Part shown: positions 9,707 through 18,946 of the stretch, piece by piece
How the letters are laid out: each line of letters begins with the position of its first letter
Numbering within the stretch: the first letter of the stretch is position 1
Assembly (NCBI RefSeq): GCF_039541115.1
Contig: NZ_BAABFP010000005.1
Coordinates: forward strand, 558,001-622,000
Length of the DNA: 64,000 bases
Direction: 5' to 3'
Source of the DNA: Angustibacter luteus
Lineage (GTDB): Bacteria > Actinomycetota > Actinomycetes > Actinomycetales > Angustibacteraceae
The notes under the pieces: model-generated
The model's database searches: none
The model's input: the letters and a program-made list of their open reading frames with translations, nothing else
What the model was told of the DNA's origin: nothing
Made by a program: the position numbers and the translations under genes

Positions 9707-11068
9707 TCAGCAGGTGCGCAGCAGCCGGTCGAGGACGCGGGTGCCGAAGGTCAGGGCTTGGAGCGGTACCCGCTCGTCGACCCCGTGGAACATGGCGGGG
9801 AAGTCCAGGTCAGCGGGCAGCTGCAGCGGCGCGAAGCCGAAGCCCCGGATGCCGATGGTGCCCAGTGCCTTGTTGTCCGTACCGCCGGACAGGCAGTAGG
9901 GCAGCACCGGCGCGCCGGGATCCTCGGCCTGCAGCGCGGCGACCATGCGGTCCACCAGGCGCCCGTCGAACGTGGTGTCCAAGGCATTGTCGCGGTGGTG
10001 GACGTGGACGTCGACGTGCTCCCCCGCCAGCTCGCGGACCGTGGCCAGCAGGGACTCCTCGTGCCCGGGCAGGAACCGGCAGTCCACGAAGGCCTCGGCG
10101 GTCTGCGGGATCACGTTGTGCTTGTAGCCGGCCTTGAGCATCGTCGGGTTCGCGGTGTCCTGGAAGGTGGCGCCCACGAACCGGGCCACCGTGCCGAGGC
10201 TGGCCAGCAGCTCCGACGGGTCGTTGGGGTCGAGCTCGACTCCGGTGATCTCGGTCACGCCGTCCAGGAACTCGCGCACCGTCGGGGTGATCTCGATCGG
10301 CCAGTCGTGCGCGCCGATCCGGGCGACGGCCGCGCCCAACCGGGTCACCGCGTTGTCGGTGGCGATCTGCGAGCCGTGCCCGGCCCGACCCTGCGCCACC
10401 AGCCGCAGCCAGGTGATGCCCTTCTCCGCCGTCTGCAGCAGGTAGAGCCGCACCGGGTCGCCGTTCCTGCCGTCGACCGTCACCGAGTAGCCCCCGACCT
10501 CGCTGATCGCCTCGGTGACGCCCTCCAGCAGGTCGCGACGGTGCTCGACCAGCCAGTGGCTGCCGAGGACGCCACCCGCCTCCTCGTCGGCGAAGAAGGC
10601 GAACACCAGGTCGCGTGGGGGCTTGCGGCCGGTCCGGGCCAGGTCCCGCAGGACCGCGAGCATCATCGCGTCCATGTCCTTCATGTCCACCGCGCCACGG
10701 CCCCACAGGCAGCCGCCCTGCTCCTCCCCGGCGAACGGGTCGACCTGCCAGTCGTCCGCGTCGGCGGGGACGACGTCCAGGTGGCCGTGGACCATCAGCG
10801 CGCCACGGTCCCGGGTGCCCGCTGCCTCGCCCTCGACCCGGACGACGACCGTGGAGCGGCCGGGCTCGCTCTCGACCAGCTCCGGGTCGAGTCCGACGTC
10901 GGTCAGCAGGCCCATCACGTGCTCGGCCGCGGCCCGCTCCCCCGGCCCCGACCCGTCTCCGTAGTTGCTGGTGTCGATGCGCAGCAGGTCGCGGCACAGG
11001 TCCGCGACCTCGGCGACGGCCTGGTCGCTGGGGTCCTGCGCGGCGGGGGTCTGCGAGGTCTCGGTCAC
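9707..11068 (-). CDS. M20/M25/M40 family metallo-hydrolase
   Basis: HGHLDVV, GRGAVDMK, DEEAGG, HGVDER. Confidence 0.92.
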   Translation of the reverse strand: MTETSQTPAAQDPSDQAVAEVADLCRDLLRIDTSNYGDGSGPGERAAAEHVMGLLTDVGLDPELVESEPGRSTVVVRVEGEAAGTRDRGALMVHGHLDVVPADADDWQVDPFAGEEQGGCLWGRGAVDMKDMDAMMLAVLRDLARTGRKPPRDLVFAFFADEEAGGVLGSHWLVEHRRDLLEGVTEAISEVGGYSVTVDGRNGDPVRLYLLQTAEKGITWLRLVAQGRAGHGSQIATDNAVTRLGAAVARIGAHDWPIEITPTVREFLDGVTEITGVELDPNDPSELLASLGTVARFVGATFQDTANPTMLKAGYKHNVIPQTAEAFVDCRFLPGHEESLLATVRELAGEHVDVHVHHRDNALDTTFDGRLVDRMVAALQAEDPGAPVLPYCLSGGTDNKALGTIGIRGFGFAPLQLPADLDFPAMFHGVDERVPLQALTFGTRVLDRLLRTC

Positions 11069-11176
11069 GCCGCCACCGTAGTCCGGACGGGGTGGCTGGT
11101 GGTCGGGCGAGGGGTCGCTGCGTGTTAGTCTCTACGTCGCATCGCTGGGCCCCGACGGGGCCCGGTGATCCACCTC

Positions 11177-11259
11177 GTCCGGGTGGCGGAATGGCAGACG
11201 CGCTAGCTTGAGGTGCTAGTGCCCTTAGGGGCGTGGGGGTTCAAGTCCCCCTCCGGACA
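11177..11259 (+). tRNA. tRNA-Leu(GAG)
   Basis: GTCCGGG/TCCGGAC acceptor stem, D-loop GGAATGGCAGAC, anticodon loop TTGAGGT, long variable arm, T-loop TTCAAGT. Confidence 0.96.
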
Positions 11260-11287
11260 CCCATCGAACGGCAGTACGATCCGGCGC

Positions 11288-11977
11288 ATGAGCGCACCTG
11301 TGGCGACCGTCCAGGATGTGATCGTGCGACTCCAGGGCATCGACCACGACCTGCCTGCCCGGGACGGCGCGGCGGTGTTCAACCACATGTACCTGACGGT
11401 GACCGAGCAGGTGGCCGAGGGCCTCGCCGGCGCGCCGGTCTTTCGGGACCCGGCGTTCATGGCCCAGCTCGACGTCACGTTCGCGTCCCTGTGGCTCGCG
11501 GCGTACGACGCGCCCGCGGACGCCGTGCCGAAGGCGTGGGCGCCGCTGTTCGAGCGGCGACACGACGACGCGGTGCTGGCCATCCAGTTCGCCCTCGCCG
11601 GGATGAACGCGCACATCGCCCACGACCTGCCCGTCGCCCTCGTCGCCACCTGCCGCCGGCTGGACAGGTCGCCGGACGACGCCGACGTGCACGCGGACTA
11701 CGAGAAGGTCAACGAGCTGCTCGCCGCCTGCGAGTCCGAGATCCGCCGGTCCTTCCTCACCGAGGTCGGGCAGGCGCTGGACCACCGCCTCGGCCCCGTC
11801 GTGCACCTCATCGACTCGTGGAACATCGACAAGGCCCGTGACGTGGCCTGGGTCAACGCCCTCGCCATGTGGGAGATGCGTCGAGTGGGGTCGCTGGCCC
11901 GGCGCTACGTCGCGGCGCTGGCTGGCACCGTGGGCATGGCGTCACGGTGCCTGCTGACGCCGGTCGACCGGATCTGA
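11288..11977 (+). CDS. DUF5995 family protein
   Basis: DGAAVFNHMYL, AWAPLF, ALAGMNAHIAHDL, DYEKVN; TACGAT 7 nt before ATG. Confidence 0.8.
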   Translation: MSAPVATVQDVIVRLQGIDHDLPARDGAAVFNHMYLTVTEQVAEGLAGAPVFRDPAFMAQLDVTFASLWLAAYDAPADAVPKAWAPLFERRHDDAVLAIQFALAGMNAHIAHDLPVALVATCRRLDRSPDDADVHADYEKVNELLAACESEIRRSFLTEVGQALDHRLGPVVHLIDSWNIDKARDVAWVNALAMWEMRRVGSLARRYVAALAGTVGMASRCLLTPVDRI

Positions 11978-11982
11978 ACGGC

Positions 11983-13188
11983 CTACGTGAAGGCGGACAG
12001 TCCCGTCGCCTCGCGCCCCAGGATCAGCGCCTGCATCGAGTCGGTCCCTTCGTAGGTGTAGACGACCTCCATGTCCGTCATGTGCCGGGCGACGTGGTAG
12101 TCGAGCAGCACTCCGTTGCCGCCCAGCACGTCCCGGGCGTCGAAGGTCACCTGCCGGGCCATCCGGGCCGACGTGAGCTTCGCCATCGACGCCATCGCAG
12201 CGGTCAGCCGGTCCCGGTCCTGCAGCTCGGCCATCCGGAAGCACAGCAGCTGCAGGTGCGTCACCGCGGTGAGCATCTCGGCCAGCTTCATCTGGACGAG
12301 CTGGAAGCTGCCGATCGGCTGGCCGAACTGCTCCCGCTCCTGCGCGTACGTCAGGGCGATCTCGTAGCAGGCGATGGCGTGGCCGAGGCACTCCCAGGCC
12401 ACTCCCCCGCGCGTCGCCGTCAGGACGCGGTTGACGTCGTCGAACGAGCTGGCCCCGGCCAGCCGGTTCTCATCCGGTACCCGCACGCCGTCCAGCCGGA
12501 CGTCGGGCTGCCAGACCGCACGTTTGCCGATCTTGCCGGTGATGAGCTCCGTCGAGTAGCCCGGCGGGTCCTCGCCGTCCGTCCGCTCGACGACGAAGCC
12601 CTTGACCTCGCCGTCGGCCTCGTCCCTCGCCCATACGATCACCAGGTCTGCGAACGAGGCGTTCCCGATCCATCGCTTGCGTCCGTCGATGACCCAGTAG
12701 TCGCCCTCCCGCCGGGCGGTGGTGCCCAAGGCCACTGAATCCGATCCGTGGTCCGGCTCGGTCAGGCCGAACGCGCCGACGAGCTCGAGCCGGGCCATGT
12801 CGGGTAGCCACCGTTGCCGCTGCTCCTCACTGCCCAGCAGGTGGATCGACCCCATCGCGAGCCCGGAGTGCACCCCGGCGAACGTGTTCAGGCTCCCGTC
12901 ACCGCGGGACAGCTCGAGACTGACCAGGCCCGCGGCGAGCCGGCTGAGCCCCGGGCAGCCGTAGCCCTCGATGGACAGCCCCGACACGTTGAGCGCCGCC
13001 AGCCCCTGGACCAGCTCGAAGGGGAACTCCGCCCGCTCCCAGTAGCCGTTGATGACCGGCAGCACCGCGTCGTCGACGTACGCCCGGACGCGGTCGCGCA
13101 CCGCGCGGTCGTCGGCGGTCAGCCGCTCGTCCAGCAGGTAGAGGTCGGTGTCCAGGGCGGTCGTCAGGCCGGGCGTCAGGTCGCTCAC
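11983..13188 (-). CDS. Acyl-CoA dehydrogenase (glutaryl-CoA DH-like)
   Basis: FGLTEPDHGSD, KRWIGN, REQFGQPI, LGGNG, YTYEGT. Confidence 0.92.
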   Translation of the reverse strand: MSDLTPGLTTALDTDLYLLDERLTADDRAVRDRVRAYVDDAVLPVINGYWERAEFPFELVQGLAALNVSGLSIEGYGCPGLSRLAAGLVSLELSRGDGSLNTFAGVHSGLAMGSIHLLGSEEQRQRWLPDMARLELVGAFGLTEPDHGSDSVALGTTARREGDYWVIDGRKRWIGNASFADLVIVWARDEADGEVKGFVVERTDGEDPPGYSTELITGKIGKRAVWQPDVRLDGVRVPDENRLAGASSFDDVNRVLTATRGGVAWECLGHAIACYEIALTYAQEREQFGQPIGSFQLVQMKLAEMLTAVTHLQLLCFRMAELQDRDRLTAAMASMAKLTSARMARQVTFDARDVLGGNGVLLDYHVARHMTDMEVVYTYEGTDSMQALILGREATGLSAFT

Positions 13189-13224
13189 CCGGCGATTGTC
13201 GTCCGCAGCGAGTGAACCCGCACT

Positions 13225-13243
13225 CTCACCCGCTGCGGGTGAG
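13225..13243. promoter_or_regulatory. Perfect palindrome CTCACCCGC-T-GCGGGTGAG, candidate operator
   Basis: 9-bp arms with a 1-nt centre, in a divergent intergenic region. Confidence 0.55.
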
Positions 13244-13309
13244 TCGTCCGCTGATCTTGCGGGACTAGCGTTCGGCGCAGGACGACCGACGACAGAGGAG
13301 CGGATTCAG

Positions 13310-13723
13310 ATGCCGGCATCCACCATGAACGCGAGCTTCGGCGACGGGAGCGTCCTTCTCTGGATGCTCGAGTTCTTCCTCTTCATCATCTGGTTCTGGC
13401 TGCTCATCACGATCTTCTCGGACCTGTTCCGGGACCACGAGACGTCGGGTGCGGCCAAGGCGTTCTGGGTGATCTTCGTCGTGATCCTGCCCTACCTCGG
13501 TGCCCTGATCTACCTGATCGCCCGCGGTGGCGGGATGGCTGAGCGCAACGCCAAGCAGGCGGCCGCCATGCAGGCCCAGGTTGATGCGAGGATCCGAGCG
13601 GCGGCCGGTTCGGGGTCGGGCGCGAGCTCGGCGGAACAGATCGCGCAGGCGAAGTCGCTGCTGGACAGCGGCGCCATCTCCCAGGCCGAGTTCGACGCGC
13701 TGAAGGCCAAGGCACTGGCCTGA
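13310..13723 (+). CDS. PLDc_N + SHOCT domain membrane protein
   Basis: DLFRDHETSG..KAFW...PYLGALIYLIARG; C-terminal IAQAKSLLDSGAISQAEFDALKAK. Start could also be 13325. Confidence 0.85.
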   Translation: MPASTMNASFGDGSVLLWMLEFFLFIIWFWLLITIFSDLFRDHETSGAAKAFWVIFVVILPYLGALIYLIARGGGMAERNAKQAAAMQAQVDARIRAAAGSGSGASSAEQIAQAKSLLDSGAISQAEFDALKAKALA

Positions 13724-13772
13724 CCCACGTCATCCCGCCGTCGCGGCGTCGAGAGGCGTAGCGTCGCGACTC

Positions 13773-14708
13773 ATGGACGACGTCGTCGAGACACGGGGTC
13801 TGCAGAAGCGTTTCGGGAGCGTGCGCGCACTCGACGGGCTCGACCTGTCCGTGGCGCGCGGTGAGATCCACGGCTTTCTCGGGCCCAACGGGGCCGGCAA
13901 GTCCACGACGATCCGGGTCCTGCTCGGACTGGCCCGCGCGGACGGCGGCACCGCGCGGGTGTTCGGCCAGGACCCCTGGGCGGACGCCGTGGAGCTGCAC
14001 CGGCGGATCGCCTACGTCCCCGGGGACGTCAGCCTGTGGCCGAACCTGTCCGGCGGGGAGATCGTCGACCTGATCAGCCGTCTGCGCGGCGGCACGTCGG
14101 ACGCGGCCGGGTACGCGGCGCGCCGCCGCAGACTGCTCGAGGTGTTCGAGCTGGACCCGAGCAAGCGGGGTCGGGCCTACTCCAAGGGCAACCGGCAGAA
14201 GGTGGCCCTGGTCGCCGCGTTCGCCACCGAGGCCGAGCTGTACGTCCTGGACGAGCCGACCAGCGGCCTGGACCCGATCATGGAGACCGTCTTCAACGCC
14301 GAGGTGGAGCGCCTGGCAGCAGCGGGCTCCACGGTCCTGCTGTCCAGCCACATCCTGTCCGAGGTCGAGCGGCTCTGCCATCGGGTGACCATCGTGCGCG
14401 CGGGCCGGACCGCCGAGTCGGGCACGCTGGAGTCGTTGCGCCACCTGACTCGCACCGAGATCTCGTTCGCGGCGAACGGGATCGACCCGGAGTCCCTGGC
14501 GGCGATCGACGGCGTCCAGGACGTGACCGCCCTGGGCGGCCGGATCGCCCTGACGGTGGACAGCGACACGCTCACCACCGTCCTCCCGTCGATCACGGGG
14601 CTGGATGTGCGCGGGCTGACGGTCAACCCGCCATCGCTGGAGGAGCTCTTCCTGCGGCACTACGGCGAGGAGCTCGCCGCCACCGAGCACGCCGAGGGCG
14701 ACCGTTGA
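13773..14708 (+). CDS. ABC exporter ATP-binding subunit
   Basis: GPNGAGKST, YSKGNRQK, LDEPTSGLDP, SSH. Confidence 0.93.
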   Translation: MDDVVETRGLQKRFGSVRALDGLDLSVARGEIHGFLGPNGAGKSTTIRVLLGLARADGGTARVFGQDPWADAVELHRRIAYVPGDVSLWPNLSGGEIVDLISRLRGGTSDAAGYAARRRRLLEVFELDPSKRGRAYSKGNRQKVALVAAFATEAELYVLDEPTSGLDPIMETVFNAEVERLAAAGSTVLLSSHILSEVERLCHRVTIVRAGRTAESGTLESLRHLTRTEISFAANGIDPESLAAIDGVQDVTALGGRIALTVDSDTLTTVLPSITGLDVRGLTVNPPSLEELFLRHYGEELAATEHAEGDR

Positions 14709-16324
14709 CCACGTTCGGTCCTCTGCTGCGGCAACGGGTGCGCCGGGACCGCTGGCAGCTGGCGCTGTGGGTCGCAGGGACCGGCATCATGGCGGCCTTC
14801 TCGACCTCCGCGATCGCCCAGAGCTACGGGGACGACAGGTCTCGGCGGGCGATCATGCTGCTGGCGACGGAGAACCCGTCGATCCTGATGCTGCGCGGCC
14901 TGCCGGCCGGCTACGGCTTCGGCGCCTTCACGTTCTTCGAGATCTACGCCTTCCTCGCGCTGCTGGCGGGCCTGATGAGCACCTTCCTCGCCGTGCGGCA
15001 CACCCGGGCGGAGGAGGAGAGCGGTCGGGCGGACCTGGTGACGGCCACGCCCGCGGGGCGGACCGTGCCCTTGGTGGCGACCCTGGCTCATGGACTGCTG
15101 GCGAACGTCGTGCTCGGGCTCGTCGTCGCACTGGGATTCCTCAGCGCTGGCCTGCCGGTCACGGGCTCCTTCGTGGCCGGTGCGGCCGTGGCAGCAGCGG
15201 GGCTGGCGTTCCTCGGCCTGGGACTCGTGTGCGCCCAGTTCCTGCGCACGTCGCGCGGCGCCAACGGCGCGGCGGCCGCGCTCGTCGTCCTCGCGTACCT
15301 CCTGCGCGGCCTGGGTGACTCGCTGTCTCGGCCGGGCGCCGACGAGCTGCACCGCGTGGCCGCGTGGCCGAGCTGGCTGTCGCCCATCGGGTGGGGACAG
15401 CAGACCGGCGCCTGGACCGGGAACGCGCTGTGGCCGCTGCTGCTCAGCCTGTGCTTCACCGGTGCCTGCGGCGCCGGGGTCCTGGTCCTGCAGGAGCGTC
15501 GGGACACGGGCGCGAGCCTGCTGCCGTCCCGCCGCGGCCGGGACCGCGCCCGCCCGGCACTTGGCAGTCCGTCCGCCCTGGCCTGGCGCCTGCAGTGGCC
15601 GACCATCCTCGGCTGGTGCGTCGGCGGCGCGGCCACGGGGCTCCTGGCGGGATCGTTGACCCACCTGGTGGACCAGGTCTCGGATGCGGACGAGAACGTC
15701 GTCGACACCTTGCGCTCGATGGTTCCCGGGACGACGCAGACGCTCACCCAGCTCCTCATCGCGGCCATGTTCGGCGTGGCTGGGGTACTCGCCGCCGCGT
15801 GCGCCGTCCAGGTGGTGCTCCGACTGCGCCAGGAGGAGAGCGCCGGCACCGCAGAGGTGCTGCTGGCCACGCCCGTGGACCGGACGCGCTGGCTGCTCGA
15901 CTACGTCGTGCTGGGCGTCGTCGCGGTCGTCCTCGTGATGGCCGCCACGGCGGTCGCCGCCGCGCTCGCGCTGCTCGGGTCGGGTGAGGACGTGGCCCGC
16001 GTGGGCGACGCCTTCGTCGCCGGCCTGGCCCAGCTGCCCGCCGCCCTGCTGTACCTCGGCGTCCTGGCGCTGGGGTTCGTGTTCCTGCCCGGCGTGGTGA
16101 TCGGGCTGGGCTGGGGACTGCTGGCCCTGGGGGTCGCGCTGGGCACCTTCGGCGGCATGGTCGGTGCCCCGCAGTGGTTGCGCGACCTGTCCCCCTTCAC
16201 CCACACGCCGGTCCCCGGGGCGGGGGTGGCCAGCTGGACCGGCGGGCTGTGGATGCTCGCTCTGGCCGTCGCGGCGACGGCTTTGGCCGCATCCGGCATG
16301 CGTCGGCGCCAGCTCCGCCCGTGA
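14705..16324 (+). CDS. ABC-2 exporter permease (polyketide/antibiotic exporter type)
   Basis: TTG start overlapping the upstream TGA; duplicated RAEEESGR / RQEESAGT motifs, WLSPIGW, LSPFTH. Confidence 0.85.
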   Translation: MTTFGPLLRQRVRRDRWQLALWVAGTGIMAAFSTSAIAQSYGDDRSRRAIMLLATENPSILMLRGLPAGYGFGAFTFFEIYAFLALLAGLMSTFLAVRHTRAEEESGRADLVTATPAGRTVPLVATLAHGLLANVVLGLVVALGFLSAGLPVTGSFVAGAAVAAAGLAFLGLGLVCAQFLRTSRGANGAAAALVVLAYLLRGLGDSLSRPGADELHRVAAWPSWLSPIGWGQQTGAWTGNALWPLLLSLCFTGACGAGVLVLQERRDTGASLLPSRRGRDRARPALGSPSALAWRLQWPTILGWCVGGAATGLLAGSLTHLVDQVSDADENVVDTLRSMVPGTTQTLTQLLIAAMFGVAGVLAAACAVQVVLRLRQEESAGTAEVLLATPVDRTRWLLDYVVLGVVAVVLVMAATAVAAALALLGSGEDVARVGDAFVAGLAQLPAALLYLGVLALGFVFLPGVVIGLGWGLLALGVALGTFGGMVGAPQWLRDLSPFTHTPVPGAGVASWTGGLWMLALAVAATALAASGMRRRQLRP

Positions 16325-16334
16325 TCGCGCGTCG

Positions 16335-17528
16335 CTAGTCCTCGAAGGTCTCGGACCCGGTCGGCTCGACGTGCTGGGTGTCGTTCATCCGCTGGCGCAG
16401 CTTGGCCAGCTCGTAGTACATCGTGCGCCGGGCGCGGTTGGAGTTCCCGAGCGGCTGGTGCTCGGTCAGGCTGTGCCACGGGTTGTACCGCAGCGCGTCC
16501 GCGAACCGCAGCTGCGCGTCGGAGTCGAAGCGCTGCCGCACCAGCCGCAGCTCGGCGACCGGAACATACGGGGACAGCCGCTCGGGCCAGTGCACGCAGG
16601 CGTTCTCGATCGGCATGCGGTGGGGATCGGTCTGCACCTGCACCATGAAGTCCATCAGCCAGTCGCCGTCGGCCAGGGTGGAGGAGATCGCGTCCCGCAG
16701 GTAGTTCTCCTTCGCGTGCACCGGGATCCGCGACCGGCCCTGCTGTCGCGGCCTCAGCGAGTACTGCACGGCCTGGCCGGGCCCCAGCAGGAAGGGCACG
16801 TTGCTGTAGTAGCGATCCTCGACCGGGTTGGCGTGCATGGGCGAGTAGAGCAGCTGCATCGCCAGGTGAATCCAGTGCTTGGGGTTGAACGCGTAGCCCA
16901 GGGGCGCCTTCGCGCGCACCCAGCGCTGCATCTTCGCGTTCTCCTTGATGTCCGGGGTCACGAAGGCCGCGGGCGTCACCAGGATGAGGTCCTGGGTGCC
17001 CTGCTCGTCCTCCATCAGCTTCGGGCCAGGGACGCCCATCACCTTGATCCCCACGGAGCACTGCCCGAAGTCCTCCAGGTCCGGCGGGGCGAAGGGTCCG
17101 GGCCCGGAGAACCGCACCCACGCCGGGTACACCCCGGGAGTCGCGAACAGCCCGTGCCGCAGGGGCTCAGGGACGTCGTCGCGCACCGTGAACTCGGCCC
17201 GGAGCACGCCGTAGGTCTTGGTGTTGCCGAAGCGCTGGACCGCGCCGGGAAGCCAGTTCTCCCGCATGAACAGGGCGATCTCGTCGATGATCTGCTGGAC
17301 CAGACGGTCCTCGTCGGGTAGGAGCCGCTCCTGGGCCAGCTCAAGGTGCTCGTCGCGCCGGAAGAGGTTCTGCAGCCACTGCGCGGACGCGAAGAGCGGC
17401 GGTCGCAGCCACCGGTCGAACCAGCGCCGGTACAGGAACTCGAAACGGCGTTCCACCCTCCAGATCCAGAGCACCAGGTCGCTGAGCGGTCGCAGGACGT
17501 AGAACGTGAAGGCCCCCTGCGGGTTCAC
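16335..17528 (-). CDS. Catalase-related heme protein with atypical distal pocket (397 aa)
   Basis: GTG 17528 in a GTGA overlap with AGGAG RBS. WVRFS, QDLIL, DFMVQ, IENACVHW, YNPWHSLTEHQPLGNSNRARRTMY (proximal Tyr region). Distal His position reads RFGNTK. Confidence 0.82.
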   Translation of the reverse strand: MNPQGAFTFYVLRPLSDLVLWIWRVERRFEFLYRRWFDRWLRPPLFASAQWLQNLFRRDEHLELAQERLLPDEDRLVQQIIDEIALFMRENWLPGAVQRFGNTKTYGVLRAEFTVRDDVPEPLRHGLFATPGVYPAWVRFSGPGPFAPPDLEDFGQCSVGIKVMGVPGPKLMEDEQGTQDLILVTPAAFVTPDIKENAKMQRWVRAKAPLGYAFNPKHWIHLAMQLLYSPMHANPVEDRYYSNVPFLLGPGQAVQYSLRPRQQGRSRIPVHAKENYLRDAISSTLADGDWLMDFMVQVQTDPHRMPIENACVHWPERLSPYVPVAELRLVRQRFDSDAQLRFADALRYNPWHSLTEHQPLGNSNRARRTMYYELAKLRQRMNDTQHVEPTGSETFED

Positions 17529-18946
17529 GTCGCCGCTCCTGGGCCCGCAGCCGCACGGGTCGCCAACCAGCGCAGGGCGCTGATACCGGGGAGGAAGAAG
17601 TAGCCGCCGCCGCGGACCCGCACGAACTGTGGCAGGTCCCGGTAGCGCCGGCGCACCGGTGTCGCCGGAGCCGAGAACGTCGCCCCGGCTCCCCGGCCGG
17701 TGCCGACCCGGACGCCGACCAGCGGGTCGGACGCGTCGTCCAGCAGGTTGAAGCCCGGGTCGTTCAGCCAGCTGTGCTGGATGAACTCGAACTGGCGGGC
17801 GAGGTTCGCGTTGAGGCAGAGGAAGTACAGCCCCTGCTCGACCGTGCCGTCCTCGCGCTGCGTCCGGTAGGCGCGGCCGCGGCGCAGGATCCGGTGCCGG
17901 CGATTGACGTCCAGCGAGGACGCCGTCCCGGGCTTCGGCGCCAGGGCGTCGCGGGGGTTGGCGCGTCGTACGTGCGCGCCGATCGGGCACCCCAGCCCAT
18001 CCGCGTCGTTGGCGTGGTAGCCGAACTCGTTCGCCTCCGCGTGAGTGGGGTTGTCCTGCTGCGGGTCCAGCGTCAGCGGCGCACCGCTGGGCCAGCGGCC
18101 GACGAGCTGCGCACCGAGCAGTGCGGCGGCTGCCGGGTCGGCGCTGCCGTCGCTGCGCCGGGTGGCGTCGGCCAGGTACTCGTGGAAGGCGTCGACGTGC
18201 TGCTCCAGCTGGCGGAGCACGAGGTAGGAACCGTTGCGCCCGAGGTCGGCGGCGCCGTCCGCCCGGGGCAGCAGGCGTTCGGGGTCGGCCGAGTCGGCGA
18301 GCAGTGGCCGCTCCGTCAGCTGCCCGTACTCGTTGGGGTACCCGAGGACGAACTCCCCGGACCGGACGGCGCCGGGCGGGTCACTCGCCCCCGGCAGGCC
18401 GGTCAGCAGCGGCTGGGAGATGCCGTCGTGGAAGCCGAACGGCTCGTTCGGACCCAGCGTGTCCGTCGCGAGCTCGCCGGCCAGGGCGAGGCCGCTGCCC
18501 TCGGCCTGCGCGACCAGCTCTGTCTGCAGCTGGGTCAGTGCGGCGGCGCTGGCCGCGTAGACCAGCACCAGCACGTGCACCGTCGGCGTGGTCGGGCCAC
18601 CCCAGTCCCAGGTGGCCGGACCGTCGTCCCCCTGGTCGCCCAGCAGCCGGCTCCGGTACGCCGTCGCCATGCCGGTGGTGAACTGCTGCGAGAAGCCGGC
18701 GGTCACCCCGTCGCCGGCGAGCGCGCGCACGCCCTCGGCGGTCAACGCCACCTGGATCGCGCTGTCCTGCACCCGTTCCAGCGCCGAGGTGACCCGGCCC
18801 GCCCAGTCAGCCAGGACGGTCCCGGCGGCGGCGGACTCACGCACCTCCAGCAGGAGGAACGTGGCCTCGGGCAACGCCCCGTGTCCACGCAGGACCAGGC
18901 CCTGGATGTCCGCGAGGTCGAGGTCGCGGGTGGCTGTCGCGGTCAC
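17525..18946 (-). CDS. DyP-type peroxidase (473 aa)
   Basis: DIQG, EPFGFHDGISQP (GxxDG), GAHVRRANPR, HRILRRG, QFEFIQ; GTGA overlap start. Confidence 0.9.
   Translation of the reverse strand: MTATATRDLDLADIQGLVLRGHGALPEATFLLLEVRESAAAGTVLADWAGRVTSALERVQDSAIQVALTAEGVRALAGDGVTAGFSQQFTTGMATAYRSRLLGDQGDDGPATWDWGGPTTPTVHVLVLVYAASAAALTQLQTELVAQAEGSGLALAGELATDTLGPNEPFGFHDGISQPLLTGLPGASDPPGAVRSGEFVLGYPNEYGQLTERPLLADSADPERLLPRADGAADLGRNGSYLVLRQLEQHVDAFHEYLADATRRSDGSADPAAAALLGAQLVGRWPSGAPLTLDPQQDNPTHAEANEFGYHANDADGLGCPIGAHVRRANPRDALAPKPGTASSLDVNRRHRILRRGRAYRTQREDGTVEQGLYFLCLNANLARQFEFIQHSWLNDPGFNLLDDASDPLVGVRVGTGRGAGATFSAPATPVRRRYRDLPQFVRVRGGGYFFLPGISALRWLATRAAAGPGAAT

Noticed and set aside
11177..13200. 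Prophage or ICE integrated at tRNA-Leu
   Set aside because: No integrase, phage or conjugation genes, and no att-like duplication seen
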